Source: Candidatus Limnocylindria bacterium (GTDB lineage Bacteria; Chloroflexota; Limnocylindria; QHBO01). Taken from it: 39,043 nucleotides of DNA. Shown piece after piece: positions 1 to 7,475 of this stretch. Where the stretch lies: the NCBI GenBank assembly GCA_050695855.1, contig JBOGTA010000102.1, positions 1-39,043 of the forward strand, given 5' to 3'. Position 1 is the stretch's first letter, and each line of letters starts with the position of its first letter. Below the pieces are notes generated by a model. That model was not told where the DNA came from. It did not search any database and was given only the letters and a program-made list of their open reading frames with translations. Position numbers and translations under genes: made by a program.

Positions 1-1
1 G

Positions 2-1408
2 TACCTGGCCGGCGAGTTCGTCGCGGCTGGGTCGCCGCTCGAGGTCCGCAATCCCGCCACCGGCGACCTGGTGGCCACGACCTGGCAGGCAGGCCCCGAC
101 GAGCTGGAGCGCGCCACGGCGGCCGCCGTGACCGCCTTCGAGCACACGCGGCGCTTGGCCAGCTTCGAACGGCGCGATGCCCTGCAGCATGTGGCGGACT
201 CCATCACGCGGGACGCGGACGAGCTGGCGGAGCTGTTGACGCGCGAGTCGGGCAAGCCCATCCGCGATGCGAGGGGCGAGGTGGCTCGCGGCGCCCTGAC
301 GTTCCGGACCGCCGCCGAGGAGGCGCTGCGGATCAACGGGGAGTGGCTACCTCTGGACTGGACTGCGGCCAATCGGGGCCGGAGCGGGATCGTCAGGCAC
401 TATCCCATTGGGCCGGTGGCCGGAATCAGCCCGTTCAACTTCCCCCTCAACCTGGCCGCCCACAAGGTGGCCCCCGCCATCGCGGCGGGCTGCTCCATCG
501 TCCTCAAGCCGCCGAGCAAGGACCCGCTGGTCATGCTTCGGGTGGCGCAGTACCTCGACCAGACCAGCCTGCCCAAGGGCGCGGTCAGCATCCTGCCCAT
601 GGACCGCCCAACGGGAGACCGGATGGTGGCCGATGACCGCTTCAAGCTTCTCAGCTTCACCGGCAGCCCCAGCGTGGGCTGGAAGATGAAGACCGATGCC
701 GGCCGCAAGAAGGTGGTCCTCGAGCTGGGCGGCAATGCAGGCGTCATCGTGGACGAGACCGCTGACCTCGACTGGGCGGTGGCGCGGCTGGTGTTCGGCG
801 CCTTCGCCTACGCCGGACAGGTGTGCATCAGCGTCCAGCGCATCTACGTCGTGGAGTCGATCTACGCCGAGTTCGAGCGGCGCTTCGTCGAGAAGGTGCG
901 CCAGGTGACGATGGGCGACCCGCTCGATCCGGCCTCCGACCTGGGACCCATGGTCGACCCCGCGGCCGTGGCCCGCACCGACGAATGGGTGCATGAAGCC
1001 CTGGATGCCGGCGCCCGCGCGCTCACCGGCGCCCACGCGGAGGGGCTATTCTACGAGCCGACCGTCCTTGTCGACGTCCCGCGTGACGCCCGTGTGTGCG
1101 GCGAGGAGGTCTTCGCGCCCGTGGTCAACCTGTTCCCGGTCCCGGACTTCGCGGCCGCCCTGCGCGAGATCAACGACAGCCGCTTCGGCCTTCAGTGCGG
1201 CCTGTTCACCGGTTCCCTGCAGCGGACCCTGACCGCCCACGACGAGCTGGAAGTGGGGGGCATCATCGTCAACGACGTTCCGACCTGGCGTACCGACCCC
1301 ATGCCGTACGGCGGGGTCAAGGACTCGGGCCTCGGCCGCGAAGGCCTGCGCTGGTCGATCGAGGACATGACCGAGCCGCGGCTGCTGGCCTTCGCTCGCC
1401 CCATCTGA
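2..1408 (+). CDS. NAD(P)-dependent aldehyde dehydrogenase family protein (5' partial, continues upstream of the window)
   Basis: The frame is open from nt 2 (YLAGEFVAAGSPLEVRNPATGDLV, a typical ALDH N-terminus), so the listed GTG at 71 is internal. Catalytic Glu motif VLELGGNAG and catalytic Cys motif GQVCISVQR are present. C-terminal PYGGVKDSGLGREG. Confidence 0.9.
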   Translation, partial: YLAGEFVAAGSPLEVRNPATGDLVATTWQAGPDELERATAAAVTAFEHTRRLASFERRDALQHVADSITRDADELAELLTRESGKPIRDARGEVARGALTFRTAAEEALRINGEWLPLDWTAANRGRSGIVRHYPIGPVAGISPFNFPLNLAAHKVAPAIAAGCSIVLKPPSKDPLVMLRVAQYLDQTSLPKGAVSILPMDRPTGDRMVADDRFKLLSFTGSPSVGWKMKTDAGRKKVVLELGGNAGVIVDETADLDWAVARLVFGAFAYAGQVCISVQRIYVVESIYAEFERRFVEKVRQVTMGDPLDPASDLGPMVDPAAVARTDEWVHEALDAGARALTGAHAEGLFYEPTVLVDVPRDARVCGEEVFAPVVNLFPVPDFAAALREINDSRFGLQCGLFTGSLQRTLTAHDELEVGGIIVNDVPTWRTDPMPYGGVKDSGLGREGLRWSIEDMTEPRLLAFARPI

Positions 1409-1756
1409 GTGACGCAGGCCGCAGCTCGCTTCGTCCGCATCCTGCCGGCGGCCGCCCTGCGTGACGGGGATCTGATCCCGGTCGCGATCGACGGGCGGCC
1501 GGTCGTGCTCGTTCGTCACGGCGGCGAGTTCTTCGCGGTCCAGAACAACTGCACGCACAAGGACTACCCGCTCTCAGAAGCCGGATTCGATCCCCGCGAT
1601 GGCGTCCTGGTCTGCGCCTGGCATGGCGGCTGCTTCGACGTTCGGACCGGAGCGGCGGTGGTGCTGCCGGCCGTCGAGCCGGTGGAGACGTTTCCGACGC
1701 GCGTGGCCGAAGGATGGGTCGAGATCGGCCTGACCGGCAGCCTGGTGCCCTTGTGA
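1409..1756 (+). CDS. Rieske [2Fe-2S] ferredoxin-type protein
   Basis: CTHKDYPL ... CAWHGGCFD is the CxH...CxxH Rieske ligand pattern. The GTG start directly abuts the ALDH TGA stop. Confidence 0.85.
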   Translation: MTQAAARFVRILPAAALRDGDLIPVAIDGRPVVLVRHGGEFFAVQNNCTHKDYPLSEAGFDPRDGVLVCAWHGGCFDVRTGAAVVLPAVEPVETFPTRVAEGWVEIGLTGSLVPL

Positions 1757-1769
1757 AGAGCGTCGACTC

Positions 1770-2549
1770 ATGAGCCTCCAGGCTCTTCCCTTCGTGAACT
1801 GGATCCTCTGGGGAGCCCTGGCGGGCGGGAGCCTGCTCGCGGTTGGCATTACCGAGTGGCTGGGTGGCACGACACGGGGATATCGGCTGTTCATGGCGTG
1901 GCTGGTGGCGATAGGCGGCGTCGTCTGGCTCGTCTCCGAACTGAACCTCGCTCCCGTTCCAGTCGTCGGAGGGACCTCGGGCCTCCGTCGCACGTTGGTG
2001 TGGGCCTTTGTGGTGGCCGCGGGCGGATACCTCGTCGCGTCATTGGCCAGCTGGCCGCGTTCCGGCCTGGCGGTCGGCGGGGGTGTCATCGGCATCCTGG
2101 CACTGGTGACCCTGGCCGCAGCCGGAGGCACCGCCAACCCCCCGATCCTTGCCGCGGGCCTGGCGAGCGCCGCGCTGGCGTTGGGGTCGGTGAACGCCGC
2201 CATGCTGCTGGGCCACTGGTACCTGGTCACCCCAAAGCTGTCGCCGGCTCCTCTGCAGCGCCTGATCTGGCTGCTCATCGGAGCCCTCGCTGTCCAGGGC
2301 CTCCTGGCCGCCTGGGCCGTTGTCGTCGGGTCCGACGTGCTGCTGGCGGAAGGCCTGGCCTGGCTCACGACGCTGCGATTCGGGGTGGGCATCGTGTTCC
2401 CCTTCATGATCGCGATCCTGGCCTTGCTCGCCACCCGCGCCACCTCCCTGCAGGCGACGACCGGGCTGCTGTACGTGGGTCTGGCCACGGTCATGGCCGG
2501 CACCATCGGCGCCGCCTCGCTCAGCTACCTGAGCGGGACCCCGGTCTAG
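1770..2549 (+). CDS. polytopic integral membrane protein, function unknown
   Basis: 259 aa, about 7-8 hydrophobic segments, high GC3. Contains the motif MLLGHWYLVTPKL. I recognise no family with confidence. Confidence 0.7.
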   Translation: MSLQALPFVNWILWGALAGGSLLAVGITEWLGGTTRGYRLFMAWLVAIGGVVWLVSELNLAPVPVVGGTSGLRRTLVWAFVVAAGGYLVASLASWPRSGLAVGGGVIGILALVTLAAAGGTANPPILAAGLASAALALGSVNAAMLLGHWYLVTPKLSPAPLQRLIWLLIGALAVQGLLAAWAVVVGSDVLLAEGLAWLTTLRFGVGIVFPFMIAILALLATRATSLQATTGLLYVGLATVMAGTIGAASLSYLSGTPV

Positions 2550-2553
2550 ACCG

Positions 2554-3216
2554 ATGCGCGTTCGCGCCCGATGCTTCGCCACGTTGCGCGAGCTGAGCGC
2601 TGCCCGGAGCAACCTGGATCTCCCCGCAGACGCCTCGGTGGCCGATGCCTGGGACGCGCTCGTCAGCCGCCACCCGGGGCTGGAACCGCATCGGCCCTAC
2701 ACCCAGCCCGCCCGCAACGGCACCGCGGTGGGCTGGGATGAGCGACTCGCCGACAGCGACGAAGTCGCGTTCCTGCCGCCGGTCTCCGGCGGATCGGAAG
2801 ATCCCCTGGTCGGCTTGACCGACGACCGCATCGACATCGATGTCCTGGAGCGGGTCGCTGGCTCGTCGCACGGCGCGGTGGTCACCTTCGTCGGCCGCGC
2901 TCGGAATCAAGCCGATGACGGCCGCGAGGTCCTGGAGCTGGAGTACGAGGCCTACCCCGAGATGGCAGAAGCGACGCTGCGGGCGGTGGCGGGGGAGGTG
3001 GTCGAACGCTGGCCCGGGTGCGTGGCGGCGGTCGTCCATCGCACGGGAGTTGTGCCCATCGGCGAAGCGGCGGTGGTCATAGTGACCGCCGCACCGCATC
3101 GTGCCGACGCCTACGAGGCGAATCGGTATGTCATCGAGGCCATCAAGCAGCGGTTGCCGATCTGGAAGCTGGAGCGCTTCGCCGACGGCACCCAGTGGAA
3201 GCGCCCAGGCGCCTAA
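2554..3216 (+). CDS. moaD-moaE: fused molybdopterin synthase: MoaD (sulfur carrier) plus MoaE (catalytic subunit)
   Basis: The N-terminal ~80 aa is MoaD-like and ends in the diagnostic ...AFLPPVSGG. It is followed in frame by a MoaE-like domain (GAVVTFVGRARN...LEYEAYPEMA...AAVVHRTGVVPIGEAAVVIVTAAPHRADAYEANRYVIEAIKQRLPIWK). Confidence 0.85.
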   Translation: MRVRARCFATLRELSAARSNLDLPADASVADAWDALVSRHPGLEPHRPYTQPARNGTAVGWDERLADSDEVAFLPPVSGGSEDPLVGLTDDRIDIDVLERVAGSSHGAVVTFVGRARNQADDGREVLELEYEAYPEMAEATLRAVAGEVVERWPGCVAAVVHRTGVVPIGEAAVVIVTAAPHRADAYEANRYVIEAIKQRLPIWKLERFADGTQWKRPGA

Positions 3217-3225
3217 GATCGGGGC

Positions 3226-3408
3226 GTGGACACCCAGTACCGCGAGCCGACCTGGCGCGCGGTGCTGCTGACCCTCACCGCCACCATCGTCGTCACTGCA
3301 GCTCTGGTGCTGCTGGCGTCGTGGTTCCTGCAGCAGAACTGCCTCCCGGTCGCCGAGCAGGTCGACTGCGTGCAGGAGACCTCGGAGCCTGGCGGGGAGA
3401 CCGAATAG
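3226..3408 (+). CDS. small hypothetical membrane protein (60 aa)
   Basis: One TM segment (AVLLTLTATIVVTAALVLLASWFL) and very high GC3 in this frame. It overlaps only the low-GC3 tail of the antisense pseudogene. Confidence 0.4.
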   Translation: MDTQYREPTWRAVLLTLTATIVVTAALVLLASWFLQQNCLPVAEQVDCVQETSEPGGETE

Positions 3409-3912
3409 CGGCCAGGAACCGGCGGGCATCCCTCGGCGAGCGGAGCCGGACGAAGCGCACGTCCGGGTACTCCTTGTACAGCCTCGGGTAGTCGCGCCGC
3501 TGTCGCCGATAGGTGGTCAACGCCCACAGGATGATCGAGTCCCGGCTGAACGCCCGGCGAATGCTCTCCCGGTTGCCGCTCCACAGCTCGTCGCCCCGAA
3601 TGCTCCGGCGCAGGGTGCGGACGATCACGCGCCACATGACGAGCGCGAACGGGAAGTCGAGCCACACCACGGTGTCAGCCCGGGTCCGCACCAGATCGCG
3701 GGTGGCGCTGTAGTTGCCATCCACGACCCAGGCGTCGGCGGCCACGGCACCAGCCACCCGCTCACGAAGGACGGTGGGCTCCACGGAAACCCAGTTGGGC
3801 TGGTGGCGCCGAATTGACGTTCCGGGGCACAATGCGCGCCGATGCCTGACGCACGTGGCGATGTGCTTTGCCCTACCTGCGGCCGCTGGACGCCGCCGGC
3901 CCCGTTCTGCAA
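3293..3912 (-). pseudogene. decayed P-loop NTPase (adenylate-kinase / topology-modulation FlaR-like), frameshifted at the 5' end
   Basis: The body (about 3400-3790) is well preserved and has high GC3: WVVDGNY...ADTVVWLDFPFALVMWRV...ILWALTTYRRQRRDY...VRFVRLRSPRDARRFL. The expected Walker A survives only in a different frame, as VGQSTSPRA (3850-3876), with Lys changed to Gln and low GC3. The 3' tail past ...FLAAI also has low GC3. Confidence 0.5.
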
Positions 3913-4990
3913 CGAGTGCGGAGCCGCGCTTCAGGGCGCAACGCGCGATCCCGCGGGAGGGCAGGGCTCCAACGTCTTCCGCCGCGGGCACGAGGTGGAC
4001 CAGCCCGGCGCCCCATGGTCAAGCCAGGCCGAGCGCTTCCAGCCGGAGCCCGAGGACGAGGCAGTCCGGGCGGCCGCCGCCGCACGGGCCGCGGACGCTC
4101 TGCCGATCGACCACCTGGCCGAGACCGAGGACCAGCCGCCGGCATGGCCGGCTGAGCCGGGCTTTGGCGCCGAGGAGGTACCGCCGGCCGGCGGACCGTC
4201 ATCCGAGGAGGCCACGGCCACGGAGACGCCAGCGGCAACCAAGGCAGCAGCCGCTGCAGCTTTGGCCGCCGCGGCAGCCGCTCCGGCAGCTGCGCCCGAT
4301 CCGACTGCGGCAGCCGCCGCAAAGGCGGGGAGCCGAGCCAGCGCCCAGCCACCGATTGCGGAGCTTCCCCCGCCCTCCGCTCCACCGCCCCTCTCCGCAC
4401 CTCGCTCGGCAGACGCCAACGGTGGAGTCTCGGGCGTCGTGTTCGTGGTGTTCCTGGGGCTGGGGATCCTTGCTCTGCTGGGTGGGGCGATCCTGGGTGG
4501 CGTCTTCGACTCGGGCCCCGTGGCGGAGGGCTCGCCTTCGCCGACGGCGGACATCGCCACGCCGAGCCCGGAGCCGACACCGGGGGCCACCTCCGCCGAG
4601 CCGTCGCCCACGACGGCCGCTCCAACCGCCGCTCCATCCAATCCTCAACCGTCCGCGTTCCCCGACGGCTTCCTGGCTCGTACCGAGGCGTGTGACGAGT
4701 TTCCCACCGGCGAAACGTGCGGGAACAGTGGGGCCGTCAACAACGGCCACGTCTACATCCTGGTCACGTTCCGCCACGCCAAGCCAACCGACGTCATCGC
4801 GGTGACCATCCGCGACATCGGCGGGGATGTCGAAGGCGAAGATAGCCTGACCCTGGGCTTCTGCGGAGATAACACCGACTGCGCCGGGTACACGATCTTC
4901 GAATACACCAACCTCGACACGGGTGCCTACACCGTGCGCGCGGATCGCAACGGGACCCTGGCCGCGACGGGGAACTTCAGCGTCGAGTAG
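3842..4990 (+). CDS. zinc-ribbon / single-TM protein with Ala-Pro-rich linkers and a C-terminal extracytoplasmic domain
   Basis: N-terminal CPTCG...FCNECGAAL zinc ribbon. Ala/Pro low-complexity region, then TM segment VVFVVFLGLGILALLGGAILGGV and a Pro/Thr/Ser linker. The ~110-aa C-terminal domain contains 4 Cys. Confidence 0.75.
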   Translation: MPDARGDVLCPTCGRWTPPAPFCNECGAALQGATRDPAGGQGSNVFRRGHEVDQPGAPWSSQAERFQPEPEDEAVRAAAAARAADALPIDHLAETEDQPPAWPAEPGFGAEEVPPAGGPSSEEATATETPAATKAAAAAALAAAAAAPAAAPDPTAAAAAKAGSRASAQPPIAELPPPSAPPPLSAPRSADANGGVSGVVFVVFLGLGILALLGGAILGGVFDSGPVAEGSPSPTADIATPSPEPTPGATSAEPSPTTAAPTAAPSNPQPSAFPDGFLARTEACDEFPTGETCGNSGAVNNGHVYILVTFRHAKPTDVIAVTIRDIGGDVEGEDSLTLGFCGDNTDCAGYTIFEYTNLDTGAYTVRADRNGTLAATGNFSVE

Positions 4991-4996
4991 GGCGGG

Positions 4997-6025
4997 TCAG
5001 CGCTCCGTGGGCCTGGCCGGCTCCCGTTGGTCGCGGCGCCGTGCCGCGAGGGCGCTGAGGGCCTCGAGCACGCAACGGTGGGCCGCGGAGGAGGTCACCT
5101 CGGCGACGTCATAGACCGGCGCCACCTCGACCACGTCCATCCCCACCAGGGTGACCGCGCCGACGACCTGGCGGATGGCACGCAGAAGCTCGCGGGTCAG
5201 CATCCCGCCCGGCTCCGGCGTGCCGGTCCCCGGCGCCATTCCAGGGTCGAGGACGTCGATGTCGACCGACAGATACACGACGTCTGGCCCCTCGAGCGCC
5301 TCCGCGATGGCGTCAGCTACCACGGCCTCGGCCCCGCGCGACTCGATTTCGGTCATGAGGTGCCAGCGCATGCCCTGCTCACGCATCCAGGCCAGGGTCT
5401 CGGCCGTGGGCCAGTACCCGCGCAGGCCGACCTGGACGAAGTTGCGGCCCGCCACCGCGCCCGACTCGATCAGGCGCCGCATCGGCGTGCCATGAGAGAG
5501 CAGGTTGCCCCATGTGCTGTTCCCGGTATCCGCGTGCGCGTCGAAGTGGACGATTCCCAGCCGACGCGGCGCCACGGCCTCCGCCACCGCGCTGGCCGAG
5601 GGATACGTGATCGAGTGATCACCGCCCAGGACGATCGGAATCGTGCCCGCCTGCGCCACCTGGAGCACCTTGGCTCGGATGACGGCGTGGCCCCGTTCGA
5701 GTCGGCCCGGCACGACCGGCGCGTCGCCGGCGTCGACCACGTCGAGCCAGTCGAATGGGTTGATGCCGAGCTGGAGAGAATGCAGCTCGCCGTGGTGGTA
5801 GGAGGCGGCCCGGATGGCCCTCGGGCCGAAGCGGGCGCCGGGCCGGTGGCTGACCCCGTCGTCCAGGGGCGCTCCCACGATCGCCGCGTCGGGGCGGCGT
5901 GCGGTGAGCGCGGCGCCATCGATCAACAGCGGGAGCTTCTGGAATGTCGTGCTGCCGATGTACGACGGCAGCTCGAAGTCCGCGTATTCGTCAAGCGGCT
6001 CCGCGCCGTTCGGGATGTCGGTCAT
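4997..6025 (-). CDS. speB: agmatinase / ureohydrolase (arginase family)
   Basis: Mn-binding motifs are present: GGDHSITYP, VHFDAHADT, SVDIDVLDP. I chose the start at MTDIPNG (ATG at 6025). The rest of the 626-aa ORF upstream is Arg/Pro-rich read-through. Confidence 0.85.
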   Translation of the reverse strand: MTDIPNGAEPLDEYADFELPSYIGSTTFQKLPLLIDGAALTARRPDAAIVGAPLDDGVSHRPGARFGPRAIRAASYHHGELHSLQLGINPFDWLDVVDAGDAPVVPGRLERGHAVIRAKVLQVAQAGTIPIVLGGDHSITYPSASAVAEAVAPRRLGIVHFDAHADTGNSTWGNLLSHGTPMRRLIESGAVAGRNFVQVGLRGYWPTAETLAWMREQGMRWHLMTEIESRGAEAVVADAIAEALEGPDVVYLSVDIDVLDPGMAPGTGTPEPGGMLTRELLRAIRQVVGAVTLVGMDVVEVAPVYDVAEVTSSAAHRCVLEALSALAARRRDQREPARPTER

Positions 6026-6117
6026 GGCACTCGGGCCGGGTCCCGGGGGCGCCGTCGCGGCGCGGAGCTGGCCCGCCGGGCGGGCCGATCCTACCAGAGG
6101 AGGGTTACCATCCGGCG

Positions 6118-6522
6118 ATGGCCGAGGGTGGGCGCCGATACACGATCGAGGAGGCCAATGCGATGCTGCCCGAGGTGCGCGCCGTGCTCCTCCAGCTGGC
6201 CGTGGAAAAGGGACGCCTGGAGACTGCAGTGGTGGCCTTGACGGCACACAGCAGTGAGAGCGCCACCAACGGCAACGTCGCCCACGCCGATGCGATGGCC
6301 CGCTCGGAGGCCGAGATGACCGAGATCGGCGGCGGGATGCGCGCGCTGGTCGAACACCTCGAGTCGCTCGGCGTGGAGCTGCGCGACCTGGAGCAGGGCC
6401 TCGTAGACTTTCCAGGCGAGCGCGACGGACGGCCGGTGTGGTTGTGCTGGCGCCTGGCCGAGCCCTCGGTGGCGTATTGGCATCCGCTGGACGAGGGCTT
6501 TTCCACGCGCCAGCCGTGGTGA
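6118..6522 (+). CDS. DUF2203-family protein
   Basis: YTIEEANAMLPEV ... GVELRDLEQGLVDFPGERDGRPVWLCWRLAEPSVAYWHPLDEGFSTRQP matches the DUF2203 signature as I remember it. The SD GAGGAGGG lies 12 nt upstream of the ATG at 6118. Confidence 0.8.
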   Translation: MAEGGRRYTIEEANAMLPEVRAVLLQLAVEKGRLETAVVALTAHSSESATNGNVAHADAMARSEAEMTEIGGGMRALVEHLESLGVELRDLEQGLVDFPGERDGRPVWLCWRLAEPSVAYWHPLDEGFSTRQPW

Positions 6523-7475
6523 GTGCTGCGCCGACCAGGTTCGTGGTGGTGGGCGATGCGACCCTGGACGTCACGGTCCGGAGCCCGGGGACGCCTTTCC
6601 CCGGATCCGACCAGGCAGCCAGCATCACCGTGGGACCGGGCGGGCAGGGAGCGAATCTGGCGGTTCGGCTTGCTCGGCGCGGGGCGCAGGTGACCCTCAT
6701 CACCGCCGTCGCCGATGACCTCATAGGGGAGCAGCTGCAGGGTGCGCTCGCTGCAGCGGGAGTCGCCCTCGTGCCGTTGCCGGCCCCTCGGAGCGGGATC
6801 GTGGTCTCACTGGTGGATGGGGCCGGGGAGCGGGCCATGCTGAGTGACCGCGTCTCGTTTGAGCCGGACGCCCTCACCTCGCCTGCCGCGCGGTCGGCGC
6901 TGGCCGGGGCGACTTGGATTCACATCTCTGGATATCCGCTGGCCGATCCGGCCAGCGGCGACGGCCTGGCTGCCATCGCCGGATCGCGCATCGCCGGGCA
7001 GCTGTGCAGCGTGGGTGGCGGATCAATCGACGAGGGCAGCGACCTGCTACCGAGGCTCCGCATCGTCAGGCCAGACCTTGTCCTGTTTAATCGGGCCGAG
7101 GCCTCGGCGATCGCGGCGGGGACGTCCGCGGCGGGGACGTCCGCGGCCGGAGGCTCCGACAGCGCGGAGGCTCTCGCCGGACGCCTGACGTCGACGGTGG
7201 GTGGCGCCGCAGTCGTGACCGATGGCGCCGCCGGAGCGGCGGCCGCATGGGGCCACGGAACGGTCACGTTGCGGGGTTCGCGCGGATCGGCGGTCGACGC
7301 GACGGGAGCGGGCGACGCCTTCGCCGCCGGGATCCTGCTGGCCCTGGCCGCAGCGCCGTGGCCGCCGCCCCTGAACGTCCTGCGCAGCGCGTTGGAGCAG
7401 GGGATACGACTCGGGACCGAGGCGGCGGCAGTGGTCGGAGCCCAGGCCCCCATCCCTGCGGAGGCCGGGCAGTGA
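6516..7475 (+). CDS. psuK: PfkB-family carbohydrate kinase, probably pseudouridine kinase
   Basis: VVVGDATLDV, GPGGQGANLAV and DATGAGDAFAAG (PfkB motif 2) are present. The GTG start overlaps the DUF2203 stop (GTGGTGA). It lies immediately upstream of psuG and overlaps it. Confidence 0.75.
   Translation: MVSAAPTRFVVVGDATLDVTVRSPGTPFPGSDQAASITVGPGGQGANLAVRLARRGAQVTLITAVADDLIGEQLQGALAAAGVALVPLPAPRSGIVVSLVDGAGERAMLSDRVSFEPDALTSPAARSALAGATWIHISGYPLADPASGDGLAAIAGSRIAGQLCSVGGGSIDEGSDLLPRLRIVRPDLVLFNRAEASAIAAGTSAAGTSAAGGSDSAEALAGRLTSTVGGAAVVTDGAAGAAAAWGHGTVTLRGSRGSAVDATGAGDAFAAGILLALAAAPWPPPLNVLRSALEQGIRLGTEAAAVVGAQAPIPAEAGQ
7114..7158 (+). repeat. 15-bp in-frame tandem repeat inside psuK (2 perfect copies plus 1 degenerate copy)
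   Basis: gcggcggggacgtcc occurs at 7114-7128 and 7129-7143, followed by gcggccggaggctcc. Together they encode AAGTS-AAGTS-AAGGS. Confidence 0.8.

Noticed and set aside
4200-4340. Repetitive GCN-rich stretch (gcagcagccgctgcagct...), considered as a tandem-repeat or CRISPR-like array.
   Set aside because: It is an in-frame poly-Ala/Pro low-complexity linker of the zinc-ribbon membrane protein. It has no regular repeat-spacer periodicity.
6026-6877. N-terminal 284 aa of the 626-aa agmatinase ORF.
   Set aside because: It is Arg/Pro/Ala/Ser-rich low complexity with no domain. It overlaps the well-supported plus-strand DUF2203 and PfkB genes. The arginase-fold domain starts cleanly at MTDIPNG (6025).
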